A stretch of 10,056 nucleotides of DNA from NCBI GenBank assembly GCA_038207085.1, contig JBBRAE010000058.1, positions 1-10,056 of the forward strand, given 5' to 3'. The position numbers were made by a program, and so were the translations under genes. This DNA is from Armatimonadota bacterium (GTDB taxonomy: Bacteria > Armatimonadota > UBA5829 > DTLH01). Of this stretch, positions 1-5,415 are shown piece by piece. The notes beneath the pieces are model-generated. The model ran no database searches. It saw only the letters and a list, made by a program, of their open reading frames with translations, and was not told where the DNA came from. Position 1 is the stretch's first letter; every line of letters starts with the position of its first letter.

Positions 1-163
1 CTTGCTCACGCCTTCGCCATTGCAATATATGTCTCAACAATGGCAACGGTGTGACTGATGGGTGAATGCCACCTGTCGCGCCGTTCAGACGATACCTTTG
101 CTGCACTCAAAATCGGAAACGAAACATTTTGCAAGAGGCTCAGCTAATAGCTAATAGCTATTC

Positions 164-532
164 TCAGTCTTCGTCGTCCTCAATCGGCTCAAGCGGGATA
201 GCTTCGCCGTGGGGGGTGATGCCGATTTTTCTCCCGCAGATGTCGCAGGGAATCTCGCGCTTGGTGATAAAGACCTCGTTCTTGCTCGCGCAGTAGGGGC
301 AGTAAATGCCGCGCATAGGCTCCTTGGAGAGCTGGATGACGCGGAGCATGCCGACAAAGAGCAGCACAGCGCCGACGATCAGCGCGGCGAAGCCAAGCAG
401 CATTATAATCGAAGAAACGAAGCCAACAAATATAAGAAGAATCCCACCGAGCGCAACGCTTCCCCAGGTCTTGAACCATTTGGAATTGCGCTTTTCGAGA
501 TCGCGGACCGTATCAAACTTCTGTTCAGACAA
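164..532 (-). CDS. Small membrane protein with two predicted TM helices and a C-terminal CxxC-x14-CxxC zinc ribbon (YgzB/UPF0295-like architecture)
   Basis: ORF track gives 164..568. The hydrophobic stretch WGSVALGGILLIFVGFVSSIIMLLGFAALIVGAVLLFVGML is followed by CPYC...CDIC and an acidic tail. In-frame TTG at 532 lies 12 nt after GGGAGG; ATG 568 is the alternative start. The family resemblance is from recall only. Confidence 0.75.
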   Translation of the reverse strand: MSEQKFDTVRDLEKRNSKWFKTWGSVALGGILLIFVGFVSSIIMLLGFAALIVGAVLLFVGMLRVIQLSKEPMRGIYCPYCASKNEVFITKREIPCDICGRKIGITPHGEAIPLEPIEDDED

Positions 533-587
533 AACTAAGCTAATCCTCCCGCCCGCAGCCGGGCGCATAATATAAGTTTACACACAA

Positions 588-616
588 ATGGTATTGTTTA
601 ACCGACAAGATGTCAA
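588..616 (-). promoter_or_regulatory. Putative sigma70-type promoter for the zinc-ribbon gene
   Basis: Minus strand reads TTGACA (616-611), a 17-nt spacer, then TACCAT (593-588). Confidence 0.6.
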
Positions 617-644
617 TGGGGAGGCGGATCGCCCAGACCGAAAG

Positions 645-673
645 TTGACATGGGTTCGCCGCCGTGATATGCT
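645..673 (+). promoter_or_regulatory. Putative sigma70-type promoter for pilT
   Basis: TTGACA (645-650), a 17-nt spacer, then TATGCT (668-673), with an extended -10 TG at 665-666. Confidence 0.65.
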
Positions 674-799
674 GCGATCAGATATGGTTCAGTTTGTCGT
701 TTTCATCCCTTGGCGCTGTTTGCGCCAGCTTTGAAACGGCGCATAGCGCCGTTGTACGGTTTTACAGAAATTGCCTGTCCCCACTGTTTGGAGGAATTA

Positions 800-2047
800 A
801 TGGAAGATAACCGGCAGATGATCGACATTTTTGAGCTCCTGGATAAGATGGTTGAAATGGACGGTTCAGACCTCCATCTGGTCACGGGAGACCCGCCTAC
901 AATACGCCACCACGGCCGTCTGAAGAAGATGGAAGGCTACCCCGAGCTCGACAACGACCACACGGAGTATATGATGAAGCAGATTGCTCCGGAACGCTCT
1001 CAGGCAGAGCTTGAAGAGCAGCGCGGCGCAGACTTCGGATTCTCATTCGGAAACAAAGCGCGATTCAGGGTGAGCCTCTTTTACCAGAAAGGCTCCATCG
1101 CGCTCAACCTCAGGCTTATCCCCTACAGACTGCTATCGTTTGAGCAGATCGGCCTCGGCGATCACATCAAAGATCTCTGCAATCTACCGCGAGGGCTGAT
1201 CCTGGTCACCGGACCAACCGGAAGCGGAAAGACCACCACCCTCGCGACGATGATAAACTATATCAACGAGACACGCGACGCCCACATCATCACCATCGAA
1301 GACCCTATCGAGTATTACCACAATCACAAGACCTCGGTTGTGAGCCAGAGGGAAGTCTTTGTAGACGTTCCGACGTTTGATATGGGGATCATCAAGGCGC
1401 TTCGGCAGGACCCGGACGTTATCCTCGTGGGTGAGATGCGCGACCTTGCAACGATCGCTGCGGCTGTTCGTGCGGCTGAAACGGGGCACCTTGTATTCTC
1501 GACTCTGCACACCACAGGCGCTGCAAGAACAGTCGACCGAATCGTCGACGTGTTCCCGTTCGACCAGCAGGACCAGATCCGCGCGCAACTTGCGGGGAAC
1601 CTGGTGGCGGTCATCTCACAGGCCCTGGTGCCAAAGATAGGTGGAGGTCGAGCGGCGGCGTTTGAGATTATGATCTGCGACGCCGCTATCCGTCACATGA
1701 TCCGCGACCGCAAGACCCACAGCATCACATCGGCCATCCAGACCGGCGTGCAGCACGGCATGAAGACCCTCGACGCGTCACTAGCCGAGCTCTACAAGAA
1801 TCATGCGATCGAAAGAGAAGACATGCTCCGCTTGGCAGAACGTCCCGACGAGATCCTGGAAAAACTCGGCGAGAGCGTCCCCGACAATCTCCGCCAAAGA
1901 CACGACCCCGGCCAGGGAGGCCAGCGGCCAGCTCCGGGGCCCTACGGTCAGCAACCGGGAAATCAACCGGGGCAGCCTGGGCAACCCGGACAACCCGGGC
2001 AGCAACGCCCCGGCGGGCCGAGCTTCGGGCAACAGAATAGACGATAA
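800..2047 (+). CDS. pilT: Type IV pilus retraction ATPase PilT (PilT/PilU family) with a Pro/Gly/Gln-rich C-terminal extension
   Basis: Contains GSDLHL, Walker A GPTGSGKTT, Asp box TIEDPIE, Walker B LRQDPDVILVGEMRD, His box TGHLVFSTLHT, the AIRNLIRE-like helix AIRHMIRD, and GMKTLD. Start moved from TTG 710 to ATG 800 because GGAGG lies at 790-794. Confidence 0.95.
   Translation: MEDNRQMIDIFELLDKMVEMDGSDLHLVTGDPPTIRHHGRLKKMEGYPELDNDHTEYMMKQIAPERSQAELEEQRGADFGFSFGNKARFRVSLFYQKGSIALNLRLIPYRLLSFEQIGLGDHIKDLCNLPRGLILVTGPTGSGKTTTLATMINYINETRDAHIITIEDPIEYYHNHKTSVVSQREVFVDVPTFDMGIIKALRQDPDVILVGEMRDLATIAAAVRAAETGHLVFSTLHTTGAARTVDRIVDVFPFDQQDQIRAQLAGNLVAVISQALVPKIGGGRAAAFEIMICDAAIRHMIRDRKTHSITSAIQTGVQHGMKTLDASLAELYKNHAIEREDMLRLAERPDEILEKLGESVPDNLRQRHDPGQGGQRPAPGPYGQQPGNQPGQPGQPGQPGQQRPGGPSFGQQNRR
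1952..1999 (+). repeat. In-frame (QPG)n 9-bp degenerate tandem repeat in the PilT tail
   Basis: caaccggga aat caaccgggg cagcctggg caacccgga caacccggg; the units differ only at synonymous positions. Confidence 0.85.
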
Positions 2048-2057
2048 GAGGTATAAA

Positions 2058-2088
2058 CGATTGCCGGGGAAGACTTCCCCGGCAATCG
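2058..2088. terminator. Strong hairpin between convergent genes; probable (bidirectional) terminator
   Basis: CGATTGCCGGGGAAG-A-CTTCCCCGGCAATCG is a perfect 15-bp inverted repeat between the pilT stop (2047) and the convergent ORF stop (2091). A short T-rich tail (TTTAT) follows on the minus strand. Confidence 0.75.
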
Positions 2089-2090
2089 GA

Positions 2091-2489
2091 TCACTTGATC
2101 TCCACAGTCACAGAGTTCGATGCAGGCACAGCTACGGACCCAGGATCGGCACGCGGGTTAATGAGCTGATCTTTGCCCTCTTCGCATATGCGAACTACGG
2201 GACTCACGCGGTAAACACCCGTAGGAATCCCCCCCGTCACCAAACGCACGCTGCCCTTCTTGCTGGTCCAAAAAGGATCATCGTCTCTTGGGGAAAAGCC
2301 GTCACCAACATTCTCGGCGAAGGTCTGGATGCAGAAGTCGGTCGGCAGCACTCTGCCTTTTGAGTCGTGGAGCAGAAGATCGACGAATATTTCGTTGTGT
2401 GAACTGATGGTCTTGTCGACCGAGGAGTTTACTCTCTTGACCTCGACCTCGTAGACGAACGATGTCTTGGTCGGAGCAATCGTGGCCAC
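2091..2489 (-). CDS. Hypothetical protein (beta-rich looking), possibly 5'-truncated
   Basis: 132-aa ORF ending beside the shared hairpin. GTG 2489 has no well-spaced SD, and the frame stays open upstream (LVTVRTDPKDIVDPDF) until a TAA at 2546-2544 inside repeat copy 1. Confidence 0.55.
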   Translation of the reverse strand: MATIAPTKTSFVYEVEVKRVNSSVDKTISSHNEIFVDLLLHDSKGRVLPTDFCIQTFAENVGDGFSPRDDDPFWTSKKGSVRLVTGGIPTGVYRVSPVVRICEEGKDQLINPRADPGSVAVPASNSVTVEIK

Positions 2490-2533
2490 AAAATCGGGGT
2501 CTACAATATCCTTTGGGTCTGTTCTTACAGTTA

Positions 2534-2614
2534 CTAGCCCGCTTTATTCGTGAAGCGAATAAAGCTTTCGCTAACAGAGCATTATTCACGCTACTCGTGA
2601 ATAATGCGGGCTAG
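2534..2614. mobile_element. MITE-like double-hairpin element, copy 1 (73-bp core 2538-2610 plus CTAG direct repeats)
   Basis: CTAG-CCCGCTTTATTCGTGAAGCGAATAAAGCTTTCGCTAACAGAGCATTATTCACGCTACTCGTGAATAATGCGGG-CTAG. The terminal IR CCCGCWTTATTC matches 11/12, and the core is identical to copy 3. Confidence 0.8.
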
Positions 2615-2727
2615 TGGTTCAATTGCCATGCATTACGCCATTCGGGATTCGGAAATCCCGTCTTAGCTTTGGGGTGGCGATTCGGAAATCGCCACCCAAC
2701 AATGGCTGATTTCATGCCAAGTGTTCG
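2615..2727. repeat. REP-like/structured element: two hairpins sharing the apex GATT-CGGA-AATC inside an imperfect outer inverted repeat
   Basis: Hairpins CGGGATT-cgga-AATCCCG (2643-2660) and GGGTGGCGATT-cgga-AATCGCCACCC (2672-2697). The outer IR 2623-2642 vs 2701-2720 matches 15/20. CTAG occurs at 2611-2614 and 2728-2731. Confidence 0.6.
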
Positions 2728-2742
2728 CTAGTCGATTATGAC

Positions 2743-3186
2743 TTACCTTCCGTGCCCCACTCCGGCGTGGCAGAATGTGCAGGGGCGGTCGGGGTCTTGG
2801 ACGACTGCTAGGTGGTTGACCAGGTTTTCGTGGCAGCCGAGACAGTTGTGGTTCAAGATGCGGCGGTTGCTTTCACGGATGCGGATCACGTCCGGGGGGC
2901 CGAAGGTGAAGGCGAACGAATGCCTGTAGCCGTTCACAGCCTTCGACATATATTTCCTGAGCAGGCTGTGAGGGACGTGACAGTCGTTGCAGGTCGCACT
3001 GCGGTGGCTTGACACCTGCCAGCTCCGGTAGTTATCTCGCATGACGTGACAGTTCACGCAGACCTCTGGGTCGTTCAGCATGTAGCTGTAACCCTTGGCG
3101 TACCAGAAGGTAAACAGGCACGAACCGAGAAACGCACCGATCACAATCGCCAATATGGGTCTTCCAACCTCTGCAAACTTCAGCAC
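2743..3186 (-). CDS. nrfH: Cytochrome c nitrite reductase small subunit NrfH (NapC/NirT-family tetraheme quinol dehydrogenase)
   Basis: N-terminal TM helix; four heme motifs CVNCHVM (CxxCHxM typical of NrfH), CNDCH, CLGCH and CTFCH; C-terminal VGH. Start set at GTG 3186 after GAGG, just downstream of the nrfA stop; the 3408 start would overlap nrfA. Confidence 0.93.
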   Translation of the reverse strand: MLKFAEVGRPILAIVIGAFLGSCLFTFWYAKGYSYMLNDPEVCVNCHVMRDNYRSWQVSSHRSATCNDCHVPHSLLRKYMSKAVNGYRHSFAFTFGPPDVIRIRESNRRILNHNCLGCHENLVNHLAVVQDPDRPCTFCHAGVGHGR

Positions 3187-3193
3187 TACAGCC

Positions 3194-4513
3194 TCACTGC
3201 GCTCCGGCACTCTGGCGGGCGACCAAAGCCTTGTAGGCCGCCAGCTCAGCCTGCCGGGCGAAGTCGATTGAATCCCCAAGCATCCGCGCGGCCTCACCAC
3301 CGCTGTGGAAGCCCATGCTGTTCTCTGAGCTGATGAAATCCCACCTGATCTGTGCCTTGCGGTGAAGTCTTCGGGCCGGTTCAAGCTCCGAGTCGGTCGC
3401 ACCGGCACTTCTTGCGAGCTTGACCCCGTCCATCGCGGCCATGATAGCCTTTTCCGAGCGCTGAAGGAGCGAATAGGTGCGGTCCTGAATCTGAATCACC
3501 CGGCTTCGCATTTCGTCCTCGGACTCTCTGTGACACGTGAGGCAGCTTCGCTCGGGTTTTGCGAGCGGAGTGTGAATCCAGTGGTCGGTGATCTTGATCG
3601 AGCCCTCTCGGACGTAGGGCATATGACAGTCCGGGCAACCGACCCCGGAGCGGGCATGGATGCCGGTGGACCAGAGTTCATACTCCGGATGTTGGATCTT
3701 GACCATCGGCGCGCCGGTCTCCCCATGCGTCCAGTCCGAGAACCCAATCTCGTCGTAATAAGCCTCGATATCGTCGACCCGAAGCCCCTTTGACCAGGGA
3801 TAAGTGAGCATCTTGTCGGACTTCTTCCAGTGATACTCGACGTGGCACTGGGCGCAGACGTAGGTGCGCATATCCTGGTGGGTGGCCTTAGAGACGTCGA
3901 TGCCGCGGGACTTCATTGCCCGGACAAACGACGGTCTGGTGACGCGGAGGGCCATCGTGCCAGCCTCGTGGCAGTCGGCACAGGAGATCGAAAACTTGAT
4001 GTTGTGCTTCTTCACAAGCTCTTTGACAGGGGTGTTGTAGAACTCACGCTCGCCGATGGTCTCGAAGAGCCCGGGGTTCTGGCTGCTTTTGCAGGTAAGG
4101 CACGGCCCGGGTTTCTTATCGCCAAGGCGCTTGGTCGCGAGCATATCCTCCACGGCGTGCAGATGCCCGCGCTCCTCACGATATTCGACCGAAAACGGGT
4201 ATCCAGCGAACATTCTGACAAGGCTGGGATACTTGTTCAGCCTGTTAAACGCCTCCGAGCCTCCGTATCGACCGTACTTGCTGTATTCCCTGAACTCGCT
4301 TGTGAGCAGGGTCTTCTGGTAGGCGTCATACTCGCGAGGGAAGTTCTTGCCCCAGACCGCCGGGTCTGGCTCGTTCTTTTTGATCTCAACGACCTGAGGA
4401 AAGACGAGTCTGGCTTCTTGTTTGCGTTCGAAGATGCTCACCAAGAGCAGAAGAACGGCGACCGTCAGCAGAATCGCCCCACCAAGGATGATGAAAAACC
4501 TGTATCGCGCCAC
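3194..4513 (-). CDS. nrfA: Ammonia-forming pentaheme cytochrome c nitrite reductase NrfA (c552)
   Basis: Lys-ligated active-site CLTCK plus CADCH, CAQCH, CPDCH and CLTCH. Also present are the catalytic Arg (EERGH), CAQCHVEY, KIQHPEYE and SENSMGFH, with an N-terminal hydrophobic anchor/signal. GTG 4513 lies 8 nt after AAGGAG. Confidence 0.97.
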   Translation of the reverse strand: MARYRFFIILGGAILLTVAVLLLLVSIFERKQEARLVFPQVVEIKKNEPDPAVWGKNFPREYDAYQKTLLTSEFREYSKYGRYGGSEAFNRLNKYPSLVRMFAGYPFSVEYREERGHLHAVEDMLATKRLGDKKPGPCLTCKSSQNPGLFETIGEREFYNTPVKELVKKHNIKFSISCADCHEAGTMALRVTRPSFVRAMKSRGIDVSKATHQDMRTYVCAQCHVEYHWKKSDKMLTYPWSKGLRVDDIEAYYDEIGFSDWTHGETGAPMVKIQHPEYELWSTGIHARSGVGCPDCHMPYVREGSIKITDHWIHTPLAKPERSCLTCHRESEDEMRSRVIQIQDRTYSLLQRSEKAIMAAMDGVKLARSAGATDSELEPARRLHRKAQIRWDFISSENSMGFHSGGEAARMLGDSIDFARQAELAAYKALVARQSAGAQ

Positions 4514-4549
4514 CAATGATACTCCTTTGTAATACTGTATATCTGAACG

Positions 4550-4577
4550 ATTATACCAGTTTATCAAGCAAACTCAA
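4550..4577 (-). promoter_or_regulatory. Putative sigma70-type promoter of nrfAH
   Basis: Minus strand reads TTGAGT (4577-4572), a 16-nt spacer, then TATAAT (4555-4550) preceded by TGG (extended -10), in an AT-rich stretch. Confidence 0.65.
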
Positions 4578-4657
4578 ATGGTTGAGGTAAGAAAGCAAGA
4601 AGATGATACAGGGGAACCCGCACCGCACTACATCGTTGAATCGAACAAGCGGCAGGT

Positions 4658-4738
4658 CTAGCCCGCTTTATTCGTGAAGCGAATAAAGCTCTCGCTAGCA
4701 AAGCATTATTCACGCTCCTCGTGAATAATGCAGGCTAG
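4658..4738. mobile_element. MITE-like double-hairpin element, copy 2 (core 4662-4734 plus CTAG direct repeats)
   Basis: Same element with 5 substitutions: 3 in the inter-hairpin spacer, 1 in the loop of hairpin 2, and 1 in the terminal GGG (now AGG). Both hairpin stems are intact. Confidence 0.8.
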
Positions 4739-4789
4739 TCGCCTGCCGGATATAGTAACCACAACGCTAGTCACGCCCAGGAAGACGAT

Positions 4790-5137
4790 CTACGCGCGCT
4801 TAGCATCACAGTCTTTGTCGATATCAATAAATGCGCCGAAGCCGACGGTTTCCAGCACGTATTCGGTGTGGGTCCCACGTGTGATCATCAGGCGCAGGCG
4901 CTGGTTGCGGTCGAACATCGCGCGTCCGCATCTGGCGACCGACTGCAAAATGGCTGAATCTATAAAAACCGCTCGACAAAGATCGATGGTCACAGGCAGA
5001 CCGGCGGCGATTGCAGACTCAACTGCGGCGTCGAACTGCGTGGCGACTCGAAGGTCAAGCTCTCCTGACCCGGTCACCACAACTTCGGTGTCCTGCACGG
5101 TAACATCAATGCTTGGACACTCGGTTACTACACTCAT
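4790..5137 (-). CDS. STAS-domain protein / anti-sigma factor antagonist (SpoIIAA/RsbV-like)
   Basis: Contains VVVTGSGELDL, TIDLCRAVFIDSA (conserved phosphorylatable Ser position) and VLETVGF. ATG 5137 lies 7 nt after AGGAG, giving 115 aa. Confidence 0.85.
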   Translation of the reverse strand: MSVVTECPSIDVTVQDTEVVVTGSGELDLRVATQFDAAVESAIAAGLPVTIDLCRAVFIDSAILQSVARCGRAMFDRNQRLRLMITRGTHTEYVLETVGFGAFIDIDKDCDAKRA

Positions 5138-5334
5138 GCCTTGTCTCCTATGCCAACTTTCAGGCCGCAGGTCGGTCTCCGGCACTGGAACTTCATCCCA
5201 CGTCAGCAGACGCACGAACAGCCCAAAATCGGCCGGGGATGCATCGTGCAGCGGCAGAGCAAAAGCTCATCAGCTGCCGCACGAATGCTGTACCCAGTTA
5301 AAGCATGATGCTAAACATCAGTAATGCAGAGCTA

Positions 5335-5415
5335 TTAGCCCGCTTTATTCGTGAAGCGAATAAAGCTTTCGCTAACAGAGCATTATTCACGCTACTCGTG
5401 AATAATGCGGGTTAG
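5335..5415. mobile_element. MITE-like double-hairpin element, copy 3 (core 5339-5411 plus TTAG direct repeats)
   Basis: The core is identical to copy 1 but is flanked by TTAG on both sides. The right TTAG contains the cheB stop codon (TAA at 5414-5412). Confidence 0.82.

Noticed and set aside
15..43. Hairpin CGCCATTG...CAACAATGGC resembling the arms of the 2615-2727 element
   Set aside because: Only 7- and 10-nt matches, no internal GATTCGGAAATC hairpins, and context truncated at the window edge, so it cannot be distinguished from chance.
2302..2589. 95-aa minus ORF starting inside repeat copy 1 (and the 198-aa plus ORF 4728..5324 starting inside copy 2)
   Set aside because: The starts come from the repeat itself, the ORFs overlap better-supported genes, and they have no recognisable motifs.
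3187..3408. N-terminal extension of the 221-aa nrfH ORF
   Set aside because: It overlaps the nrfA 3' end in another frame and is not NrfH-like. GTG 3186 with an SD fits better.
3830..4519. 229-aa plus-strand ORF and the other long antisense/alternate-frame ORFs over pilT, nrfA and che genes
   Set aside because: These are shadow ORFs expected opposite GC-rich coding sequence, with no motifs or translation signals.
2534..4738. Composite transposon of copies 1 and 2 carrying nrfAH (or copies 2 and 3 carrying the STAS gene)
   Set aside because: Copy 2 splits a hairpin whose arms lie on both of its sides, and copy 3 has its own TTAG duplication. Both point to independent insertions. Future co-mobilisation or deletion by recombination is possible but not evidenced.
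5225..5260. Sigma28-like -10 (GCCGATTT, minus strand) upstream of the STAS gene
   Set aside because: There is no TAAA-like -35 at the expected spacing.
5251..5280. Hammerhead-ribozyme-like CTGATGA followed by a small stem on the minus strand
   Set aside because: The required GAAA after stem II is absent (TCTG follows). It is only a GCGGCAG/CTGCCGC hairpin, possibly a terminator-like structure.
2534..5415. CRISPR array interpretation of the three repeats
   Set aside because: The units are 73-81 bp and are separated by about 2.0 kb and 0.6 kb containing whole genes. No cas genes are present.
2534..5415. Integron attC/gene-cassette interpretation (copy 3 ends in GTTAGGC and contains GCTAAC)
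   Set aside because: GTTRRRY occurs only in copy 3 and arises from the TTAG flank. Copies 1 and 2 lack it, the fold is two hairpins rather than one bulged stem, the intervening genes include an operon with its own promoter, and there is no integrase.
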